Shown here in pieces: positions 1-8,600 of a stretch of DNA of 64,000 bases. The notes under the pieces were generated by a model. The model was not told the DNA's origin. It did not search any database and saw only the letters and a program-made list of their open reading frames with translations. This DNA comes from Phycisphaeraceae bacterium. Its GTDB lineage: Bacteria; Planctomycetota; Phycisphaerae; Phycisphaerales; Phycisphaeraceae. Both the position numbers and the translations under genes were made by a program. Numbering within the stretch: position 1 is the first letter of the stretch; each line of letters begins with the position of its first letter. The DNA lies in contig JBKAGS010000002.1 of NCBI GenBank assembly GCA_046290505.1, positions 41,790-105,789 of the forward strand, written 5' to 3'.

Positions 1-62
1 CCTCGTGCGTGGCGAGGTTCAACGCTCCTTTCACCCTTCCCCTTTCTTACGGAGGAATCCCG

Positions 63-1208
63 ATGAAGATTGCTACACGATTCTTAGTGCCCGGCCTCGC
101 GCTCGCTTGTGTGGGCTACGCCCTGCCGTCCTCGGCGGTGCTCACCCACCACTGGACGTTCGACAACGCCGACGTCAGCGGCACCGGCACGTTCGGCGAC
201 CCGTTCGTCGTGTCGGACGTCGTTGGCAGCGCCGACGCGACCGCGACGGGGATCGACGGCGGCACGAACATGATGTCCGGGCAGGCCGGCGTGTTCGGCG
301 AGGCGTTCAGCTTCATGCGTGACGACGTCGGCAACGCCGGCAACAACACCCTGCCCGGCGAGCCGCTGGACTTCGAGACCGGCGTGCGCACCGCGGTGAC
401 CGGCGTCGCCCCGGCGGGCGCCGCCGAGCGCACCATCATGCTCTGGTTCAACTACGACGGCGGACCGGGCCAGAACAAGCTGTTCGGCTACGGCGGCAAC
501 AACACCGACTCGGACGCCACGACAGGCGAGGCGTTGGACGTCGGGCTCGAGGCGGACGGCATCCGCCTGCGCAACTTCAATGGCAACATGCTCTATGGCG
601 AGGGCTTTGATTTCGCCGCCGACACCGACGGCCTGGGCACGCCCGGCGCCGACGCGGGTTGGCATCACCTCGCGGTCCGCGTCAACACCGGCGCGACGAC
701 GTTCAACGACCTGGACATCTTCCTGGATGGCGTCAAGCTCAGCGCGCAATTGGTCAACGGTGCGCCAGATGCCGACCTGGACGACACGCTCGCGATCACC
801 GACAGCGCCTTTGGCATCGGCAACATCGGGTACGACCACTACCTGCTCAATGGGTTCAACGGCCTGATCGATGAGGTCCGCATCTACGACAACGCGCTCA
901 CCGACCAGGAGATCGCCGACCTCGCCGAGTTCCCTGTCCTGCCCGGCGACACCGACGGCGACGGCGACATCGACGACTCGGACCTCGGCACCGCGTTTAG
1001 CAACTACACCGGGCCGCTCGCGCCCGGCACCGGCGGCAAGACCGCGGCCGACGGCGACACCGACGGCGACGGCGACGTGGACGACTCGGACCTGGGCACC
1101 GCGTTCTCCGGCTACACCGGCCCGCTGAGCGCGCCGGTCCCCGAACCGACCAGCCTCGCGCTGATCGGCCTCGGCGGGCTCGCGCTGGTCCGTCGGCGAC
1201 GCGCCTGA
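63..1208 (+). CDS. Secreted LamG/concanavalin-like domain protein with two dockerin-type repeats and a PEP-CTERM anchor
   Basis: Lies inside ORF 9..1208. The ATG at 63 is preceded by GGAGG and followed by the signal-peptide-like MKIATRFLVPGLALACVG. LamG-type motif LNGFNGLIDEVRIYDNALTDQEI. GDTDGDGD(I/V)DDSDLG occurs twice. C-terminus is VPEPTSLALIGLGGLALVRRRRA. Confidence 0.8.
   Translation: MKIATRFLVPGLALACVGYALPSSAVLTHHWTFDNADVSGTGTFGDPFVVSDVVGSADATATGIDGGTNMMSGQAGVFGEAFSFMRDDVGNAGNNTLPGEPLDFETGVRTAVTGVAPAGAAERTIMLWFNYDGGPGQNKLFGYGGNNTDSDATTGEALDVGLEADGIRLRNFNGNMLYGEGFDFAADTDGLGTPGADAGWHHLAVRVNTGATTFNDLDIFLDGVKLSAQLVNGAPDADLDDTLAITDSAFGIGNIGYDHYLLNGFNGLIDEVRIYDNALTDQEIADLAEFPVLPGDTDGDGDIDDSDLGTAFSNYTGPLAPGTGGKTAADGDTDGDGDVDDSDLGTAFSGYTGPLSAPVPEPTSLALIGLGGLALVRRRRA
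942..1127. repeat. Dockerin x2 module, dispersed repeat copy A (pairs with 5203..5386)
   Basis: Hand alignment to 5203..5386 gives about 85-90% nucleotide identity over ~185 nt (roughly 24 mismatches counted by eye). Confidence 0.8.
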
Positions 1209-1226
1209 CGACTCGATCCTCCTTCG

Positions 1227-1259
1227 CCCGGTCGCCCCCACAAAGGTCGGCCGGGTTTT
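1227..1259 (+). terminator. Candidate rho-independent terminator after the first LamG gene
   Basis: cccggtcg...cggccggg forms an ~8-bp stem (one G-U pair) with a 13-nt loop, followed by TTTT. It sits 19 nt after the stop at 1208. Confidence 0.4.
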
Positions 1260-1290
1260 GCCTCGACTTTTTTACTGTGAGGAATGAATC

Positions 1291-2394
1291 ATGCGGGTTC
1301 AACGACTGATGTGCCTGGCGTTCTCGGGCTGCGCGGCGGGCTACGCCGGCGGCGCGGGCGCGGTGTTGACCCACTACTACAGCTTCGACGACGTTGACAT
1401 CGTCGGCTCGTCCGGCGCGGCCGACGGCGTGGGCTCGGCCAACGCGTTGCCGACCGGGGCGCTGGGCGGGGCGAACATCACGACCGGGCAGCCGGGCATT
1501 TTGGGGCAGGCCTACCGGTTCGTCCGCGACGACACCGGCAGTGCCGGCAACAACACGACGCCCGGCGACGCGAGCGACTTTGAAAACACGCTGCGCCTCG
1601 CGGCGGGCAGCGTCCCGGCCGGCAACGCCCCACGCACCATCGCGCTGTGGTTCAACTTCGGTGGCGGGGCGGGGCAGAACAAGCTGTTCGGCTACGGCAG
1701 CCCGAACACGGATAACGACGGCACGACCGGCGAAGCCCTGGACATCGGGCTCGAGGGCGGCGGCATCCGCCTGCGCAACTTCAATGGCAACATCACCTAC
1801 GGCTCGGGCCTGGACTTCGCGCCCGGCGGCGCGGACGCGGGCTGGCACCACCTCGCGCTGCGCGTGAACCCCGGGGCCAGCACCTTCGCCGACATCGAGT
1901 TGTTCCTCGACGGCACGCCGCTCGCGCCGGCCGACGCCGGCGACGCCGACCTGAACGACACGCTCGCGATCGCCGATTCCGCCTTCGGCATCGGCAACAT
2001 CGGGTACGACCACTTCCTGCTCAACGGCTTTACCGGGCTGATCGACGAGCTGCGCATCTACGACCACGCGGTGAGCAACGCCGAGATCGTCCAGCTGGCC
2101 CTGCCCCCGGGTGTGGTCCCCGGCGACACGGACAACGACGGCGACATCGACGGCTCGGACATGCTCAACGCGCTGTCCGGCTACACCGGGCCCGGCGGGA
2201 CGGGCGCGACCCCCGCGACCGGCGACACCGACGCGGACGGCGACGTGGACGACACCGACATCGGGCTCATGATGACCAACTACACCGGGCCGCTCGCGCC
2301 GCCTGCCGCGGTGCCCGAACCCGTGAGCGTCTTGTGGCTCGGCTCGGGCGGGCTCCTGTTTTCAGGCAGGCGACGCCGACAAGCGACCGCCTGA
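1291..2394 (+). CDS. LamG-domain / dockerin x2 / PEP-CTERM protein, tandem paralog of 63..1208
   Basis: ATG at 1291 with GAGGA upstream. Same motif order as its neighbour ([23 protein letters not shown]; [13 protein letters not shown] and [13 protein letters not shown]; [23 protein letters not shown]). Confidence 0.8.
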   Translation: MRVQRLMCLAFSGCAAGYAGGAGAVLTHYYSFDDVDIVGSSGAADGVGSANALPTGALGGANITTGQPGILGQAYRFVRDDTGSAGNNTTPGDASDFENTLRLAAGSVPAGNAPRTIALWFNFGGGAGQNKLFGYGSPNTDNDGTTGEALDIGLEGGGIRLRNFNGNITYGSGLDFAPGGADAGWHHLALRVNPGASTFADIELFLDGTPLAPADAGDADLNDTLAIADSAFGIGNIGYDHFLLNGFTGLIDELRIYDHAVSNAEIVQLALPPGVVPGDTDNDGDIDGSDMLNALSGYTGPGGTGATPATGDTDADGDVDDTDIGLMMTNYTGPLAPPAAVPEPVSVLWLGSGGLLFSGRRRRQATA

Positions 2395-2482
2395 CAGCGC
2401 GCGAAACGAGATGGGTTGCGACGCCACGAACAACAACGGTTTGGCGCGGCCAAGCCCCGCACGACATGCATCGGAGCCGACT

Positions 2483-3316
2483 ATGAAACACCGACACGGA
2501 TTTACGCTGATTGAACTGCTGGTGGTAATCAGCATCATCGCCCTGCTGATCGCGATCCTCTTGCCGGCGCTCGGCGCGGCGCGCAGGTCGGCTCGACAGA
2601 TGCAGAACACGGTCAACCTGCGTTCGCTGCACCAGGCCCAGGTCATCTACGCGGAGCAGAACAAGGGCTACTACACCGGGCTGAACAGCGATGGCACGGT
2701 GATGACCGGGGCCGAGGTTGCTGAGGACGGCAACGTCGCGCCCAGCATGACCTGGGGCAACCCCGGGCACTTCGTGATGCCGCGTTTCGCGCTGTTGGCG
2801 TTCAACGACGTGGTGGACTACGAGCACCTGCTCAGCCCGGAAGAGAAAGACGGCAGCCGGGAGGTGTGGGACGGCGTCGCGCGGTTCAGCCACCGCTACA
2901 TCTCCTACGCGGCGCTGGACCTGGGCACGATCAGCGGGAACCCGCTCCAGCCGGACCAATACGCCCAGGCGCTCAAGTCCTGGCGCAACGACGTCGGGTC
3001 GCAAACCCCGATCTTCTGCGACCGCAACACGACCGGCAACACGAACTTCTCGCTGGACCCGGGCGCGAGCGTGTGGGACAGCGAGAAATGGACCGGCTCG
3101 GTGGTGTGGAACGACGGGCACGCGGGCACCGAAGAGGACGTGCTGATGGACAGCACGAAGGTCGGCAACAGCTCGGCCGACGAAGACCCGCTGTTCGACA
3201 ACGGCTCGTCCATGATCAATGGCAAGCCCTACCGCCGGGGTCAGCACGTGCGGATGCTCAAGTTCAACGACTCGCGCACCGCCGGCAGCTTCGCCGACCC
3301 CTCGATCGAGCCGTAA
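2483..3316 (+). CDS. Prepilin-type N-terminal cleavage/methylation domain protein (pseudopilin-like; a family abundant in Planctomycetes)
   Basis: Internal ATG at 2483 with GGAG 8 nt upstream. N-terminus is [30 protein letters not shown]. The longer ORF start at 2411 has no supporting signal. Confidence 0.75.
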   Translation: MKHRHGFTLIELLVVISIIALLIAILLPALGAARRSARQMQNTVNLRSLHQAQVIYAEQNKGYYTGLNSDGTVMTGAEVAEDGNVAPSMTWGNPGHFVMPRFALLAFNDVVDYEHLLSPEEKDGSREVWDGVARFSHRYISYAALDLGTISGNPLQPDQYAQALKSWRNDVGSQTPIFCDRNTTGNTNFSLDPGASVWDSEKWTGSVVWNDGHAGTEEDVLMDSTKVGNSSADEDPLFDNGSSMINGKPYRRGQHVRMLKFNDSRTAGSFADPSIEP

Positions 3317-3390
3317 CCGTTTCGCCCACCCGTTGCCCGCCACGACCCGCCGGCCACGCCCGGCCACCCGATGTTCAGACCGGAGTAGAC

Positions 3391-5499
3391 ATGCGTTTGT
3401 GCCGCCTGCTGATGAATGCCCTCGTGTTGTGCTGTGCCGCGTCCGCGTGCGCCCAGCCCAACGTCGTCCTGTTCATGGTCGATGACTGGGGCTGGACCGA
3501 CTGGGAGTACGACCCGGTGCTGAACCCGACCGGCAGCAGGCTGTACGAGACGCCGAACATGCTGCGCCTCGCGCAGATGGGCACCAACTTCACCAGCGGC
3601 TACACCGCCAACGCGGTCTGCTCGCCCTCGCGCGCCGCGGTCATGACGGGCAAGGACCCGGCCCGGCTGCGCATTACCGACTGGATCACCGGCGGCAACC
3701 ACACCCACCCCACCCTCGCCGACGCGCAGGGCTGGGACATGACGCTCAACAACACCGAGGTCACCCTCGCCGAGGCGCTCAAGGCCGACGGGTACCGCAC
3801 CGGGTTCGTCGGCAAGTGGCACCTGGGGACCAGCGGCAGCTCGGGCGCGAACCCCTTGGACCACGGCTTCGACGTCAATATCGGCGGCAACCACAAGGGC
3901 TCGCCGCCCGGCGGGTACTTCGCCGGCGGCGACGGCGGCTGGTCCGCGCCCAACCTCACCTCGGGCTACGGCCCGAGCGAGTACCTCACCGACGTGCTGT
4001 CCGATGCGTCCGTCGCGTTCATCGACAGCCACATGGCCACGACGCCCAACGACCCGTTTTTCCTCTTCACCTCGCACTACGGCGTGCACACACCGATCCA
4101 GGCGCCGGCCGCGACGACGCAGTACTTCCAGAACAAGCTCAACGCCAACGGCGGGCCATTCAACGAGCACGACAACGCGACCTACGCCGCCATGGTCAAG
4201 CACGTGGACGACGCGCTGGGCGACCTGCTCGACAAGCTCGAACAAGCGCAGGTCCTCGACGACACGCTGATCCTGCTCGTCTCGGACAACGGCGGGCTGT
4301 GGGCGGCGCAGGGCGACCCGACTTCCAACACCCCGCTGCGTGAGGGCAAGGGCAGCTGGTACGAGGGCGGGCTGCGCACCCCCTTCATCGTCGCCCAGCC
4401 GGGCAACCCCAACGCCGGGCAGGGGGTGATGAACGACAGCGTCGTCATCGGCCACGACATCTACACGACCGTGCTGGACATCACCGGCGTCGCGGGCAAC
4501 GCGGCGCACAACGCGCAGACCGACGGCGTCAGCTTCAAGGCCGCGTTGGAGGCCAACGCCCACGACCGCGGCGCGACCTTCTGGCACTACCCCCACATCG
4601 CCGACCAAGACAACAACAGCCCGCTGGTCACCGGCGGGACGTACGTCTCGTCGGTCCGCAAGGGCGACTGGAAGCTGATGTTTTTCTACGCCGACCGTTC
4701 GTACGAGCTGTACAACCTCGCCGAGGACCTGAGCGAAACGACCGACGTCTTCGAAGCCAACACGATCACCGCGGAGCTGAGCCAGCTCTTGCGCGACCAC
4801 CTGATCGCGATCGACGCGCAGATGCCGATCAACAAGGCGACTGGTCAGCCGGTCGCGCTGCCGGACCTGGTCTCCGACACGACGTTTGATTTGGTTTATG
4901 CCGCGCAGAGCGGCGAGCTGACGATCGATACCGACGGCAACGACCTGCACGGCTACGTGATCGACGGGTCGGGCTTCCTGGAAGAAAACCACACGCCGAT
5001 CCTGGCCGGCACGCTGACCGCGATCGATACGGAACTGGCCGAGGCGAGCCTCACGCCGGTGAGCGGGCTCTTGAGCCTGGGCAACGTGCTGCCCGCGAAC
5101 ATGAGCCGGGCGCAGATGCTCGCGGCGATCGGCCCCAACGCACGCTACGTCGGCGACCTCGGCACGCCGCAGGTCTACTTCGAGGTCCTCTACCTCGCGA
5201 TCCCCGGCGACACCGACAGCGACGGCGACATCGACGACAGCGACCTGGGCACCGCCTTCGCCAACTACACCGGCCCGCTGGCGCCCGGCACCGGCGGCAA
5301 GACCACCGCCCAGGGCGACACCGACGGCGACGGCGACATCGACGACTCGGACCTGGGCACCGCCTTTGTCAACTACACCGGCCCGCTCGCACCCGCCAAC
5401 GTCCCCGAACCCGCGTCACTCGCCCTGCTCGCGATCGCCGGGCTGGCGGGGCGCACCCGCCCGGCCACGGGGCGGCTCACACCGGGCGGTCGCATGTGA
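3391..5499 (+). CDS. Arylsulfatase-family sulfatase with a C-terminal dockerin x2 + PEP-CTERM cassette
   Basis: ATG at 3391 (GGAG upstream) followed by a signal peptide MRLCRLLMNALVLCCAASACAQ. Sulfatase motifs VVLFMVDDWGW and the C-x-P-x-R site in AVCSPSRAAVMTGK. C-terminus has GDTDSDGDIDDSDLG, GDTDGDGDIDDSDLG and VPEPASLALLAIAGLAG. Confidence 0.85.
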   Translation: MRLCRLLMNALVLCCAASACAQPNVVLFMVDDWGWTDWEYDPVLNPTGSRLYETPNMLRLAQMGTNFTSGYTANAVCSPSRAAVMTGKDPARLRITDWITGGNHTHPTLADAQGWDMTLNNTEVTLAEALKADGYRTGFVGKWHLGTSGSSGANPLDHGFDVNIGGNHKGSPPGGYFAGGDGGWSAPNLTSGYGPSEYLTDVLSDASVAFIDSHMATTPNDPFFLFTSHYGVHTPIQAPAATTQYFQNKLNANGGPFNEHDNATYAAMVKHVDDALGDLLDKLEQAQVLDDTLILLVSDNGGLWAAQGDPTSNTPLREGKGSWYEGGLRTPFIVAQPGNPNAGQGVMNDSVVIGHDIYTTVLDITGVAGNAAHNAQTDGVSFKAALEANAHDRGATFWHYPHIADQDNNSPLVTGGTYVSSVRKGDWKLMFFYADRSYELYNLAEDLSETTDVFEANTITAELSQLLRDHLIAIDAQMPINKATGQPVALPDLVSDTTFDLVYAAQSGELTIDTDGNDLHGYVIDGSGFLEENHTPILAGTLTAIDTELAEASLTPVSGLLSLGNVLPANMSRAQMLAAIGPNARYVGDLGTPQVYFEVLYLAIPGDTDSDGDIDDSDLGTAFANYTGPLAPGTGGKTTAQGDTDGDGDIDDSDLGTAFVNYTGPLAPANVPEPASLALLAIAGLAGRTRPATGRLTPGGRM
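5203..5386. repeat. Dockerin x2 module, dispersed repeat copy B (pairs with 942..1127)
   Basis: See 942..1127. Near-identical nucleotide block at the 3' end of an otherwise unrelated gene. Confidence 0.8.
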
Positions 5500-5652
5500 T
5501 GCACGCCCAGGGGTGGCCGTGGTGCACACTCGGCGAGCCGATGGCCACGCATCATCGTGACGCTGATGCGATCGCCCCGGTGTTTCACCGCCGGGGTCTA
5601 TTCAAAACACGGCCCGCGTGATACCTTGGTGTGTCGTTCGGCTGCCGTGTGA

Positions 5653-8600
5653 TTGATCCCGGGAGGGCGCTTGTCAGGCTTGAATCCGATCCCCGCCGCC
5701 GGGCTGTTTCGCTGTCTGATTGCCATCGGCGCGGGTGTCGCGTCGCCCTGGTGGTGCGTGGGTGCGCGGGCCCAGACCTTGGCGCAGTGGCTTTCGCCGG
5801 TCGATGGCAGCTGGGCGGACCCGGCCCGGTGGTCGACCGACCCGGCCTACCCGAGCAACGGGCAGCCGGGCGCGGGCGACACGTACGACGTGCGGGTCGA
5901 CGCGGCGGGCGGCCCGTACACGGTGTTGTTCGACGCTTCGGCCGGCGTGGTGACGGTGGACCGGTTGACCATCGATTCGCCCGACGCGACCGTCTACCTC
6001 AGCCCGTTCTCGAATGGTTTCACCGCGGCCAACGGCATCGACCTGCGGCAAGGCAGGCTGCTGTTTTCCGGCGGCAGGATCGTCGATACGGCGATCACCG
6101 GGGGCGGGTCGTTCGATATCGACTACGCCAGCGGGAGCCGGAAGAGCCGGCTGGAACACGTCACGCTCGGCGTCGACCTGAGCATCAGCGACAGCAGCGA
6201 AGTCGAGACGCTCGGCGACCTGGCCCTCGACAACGCCACGATCCTGCTGCAGGGCCAACAACAAAGCGCACGGCTCGGCGGCGCGAACACCCACGACCAC
6301 GCCGCCCCGGGCGGGCTGAACCTGACCGGTTCGGGCCGGCTCGAGGTCAGTGGCTACGCGAGGCTGTACAACCAGGTGGATCAGACGATGCGGTTCGGGC
6401 CGGGCATCGACGTGGTCGCCGACGACCGCGCCGGTTTTTATACCGTTGAATTGGCCTCGAGTTACCGCGGGCGGATCGTGAACGAGGGGTCGATCACGGC
6501 GGGCGCAGGCGGGACGATGACGATGTACGCCGACGAACTGGTGAACAGCGGCGTGATCCGCGCGATCGACGGCGGGGTGATCGACCTGCAAATCGATGAG
6601 GACAAGACGGTCACGACCGCGGGCCTGGGCGCGATTCAAACCGCCAACGGCGGGTACGCCATCGTCCGGGCGCAGATCGACAACAGCGGCGCGGTGCTGA
6701 ACCTGGGCGGGGACGGCCACGATTGGAGGTTGCGCTCGGGCAACAACACGCGTAGCCGGGTGTCGGGGGGCCGGATCAACGCGACAACGACGCCGGTGGT
6801 GGTCAGCGATACCGAGTTGTCCGGCGTGACCCTCGCCGGGACCCTCGCGGGCACGTACCGCGTCTACGACGGGCTGGTGATGGACGACGCCAAACTCATC
6901 GTGGACAACGCCCGCGTCTTCTTCGCCGCCGGGCAGGCCATCACCGGGCAGGGCACGATCGAGTTCGACGACCCCTACGATTCGACCTACCGCGTGCAAT
7001 TCGGCCACTACGAGCAGGCCGGCAGCGTCTTCATCGGCCCGGGCGTCGTGTTGCACAGCCTGACGAACCTGCGTCGCAACATCGAGTTTTACGACACGAT
7101 CAGCGAAGCGACGATCCTCTTCGACGGCACGACCGACCGCAACGGCGCGGGCCTGGTCGGCCGCAACTTCACGAACCGTGGGCTGATCCACGTCCGTGGC
7201 GGGAACCCGGTCCTGCAGGGCGCTTCGTTCAACGCTGTCCACGCGCCGTTTGTGAACGAGGGCGAGATCCGCGTCGAAAGCGGGGTCCATATCCGCCTGG
7301 GCAACGGGTTTGAAAACCCCGGGACGCTGACGCTCAAGCCCGATACCGCGGTGACGTTCTACGGCAGCAATACGATCGCCGCCTATCAAAACATCGACCA
7401 CCAGGGCGCGGCCTTCGAGGTCCAGGACCAGATCGACCTGCTCGGCGGGACGTTCGATTTCCAGGCGATCTTCGGCGACGCCAAGCACACGCTCGATTAC
7501 GACAGGCCCGAGTTTAAAAACGGACGCATCCTCGACTCCGCCGGCGACCTCGTCCTGTTCTACCAGGGCAGCGACCACAAGTATTTCACCGACGTCCAGT
7601 TCGCCTCCGACACCTCGCTGTTCGGCTACAACCGCGCTTCGCTGTCCGGCGACATCGGCATCCCCGCGGGCGTGACCTTCTATCTCGGGCTGGTCCCCCA
7701 GGGCGTCTCGGACACCGACCGCGCCTATCTCTACAGCGGCGCGCCGGACGGCACGACGATCTCCGGCGGCGGCGAGATCGTCGTGGTCAACGATGCCACC
7801 AACCCCACCCACGCCGGGATCGAGACCAGCCACGCCACCGACATGATCGTCGGCCCCGACATCACGGTGCGGACCCAGGGCGGCGCGGCGTTTACCTTTG
7901 AAGCCATCAATCGCGGGCGGGTCCGGCTCGACCACCCCCAGGACCTGATGCTGCTGGACGGGCGGTGGGCCAACCAGGGCGTCATCGAGGTCAACGCCGG
8001 CCAGGTCCGACTCGGCGGGTCGTTCACCGCGGACCGCGTCGGCGAGGTCCGCTCGGCACCCGGGGCGGGGCTTTACATCGTCGGCGAGCTCGACCTGGCC
8101 GGCGGGTCGTTCGACTTCGATGCGAGCGACGGCGGGCGTTGGTTTATCAATCAACGCGGGCGGGTCCGCAACGGGACGATCCAGACCACGGGTGCGCCCT
8201 TGCGCGTCGGCGATTACGGGTCGGGGACTTACGACGGCATCGGCGACCTGGAATCGGTCACCGTCGCCGGCGAAGTCGTCGTGGACCATCGCAACCTCTT
8301 GCGGATCTTCGGCGGGCTCACGCTCGAGGGCGGGCGCGTCCGGGTCGGCAGCGAAGGGTTGACTAACGGCGAATTGCTGATCGTCGCGGGCAACTTCCTA
8401 CTCGACGGCACGGGCGAGCTGCTGTTCTCCGGGAGCGGCACGCGCAACGAGCTGTCGTTCGCCAACTACGACGGCGTGCCCGAGCCGAGCTTCACGATCG
8501 GCGCGGGGGTCACGCTCCGGACCGACGGCGGCGCGGGCGTGATCGACCTCGGTGTCACGCAGGCCCGGAACCTCGGCGTGATCGCGGCCGACGCCAACCT

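Noticed and set aside
2866-3390. N-terminal 175 codons of the 877-aa track ORF preceding the sulfatase.
   Set aside because: They overlap the 3' end of the pseudopilin-like gene in another frame. The real start is the ATG at 3391, which has an SD and a signal peptide. The same logic was applied to 10950..11321, 15227..15742, 52640..54553 (start moved to 54331) and 33932..34534 (start moved to 34267).
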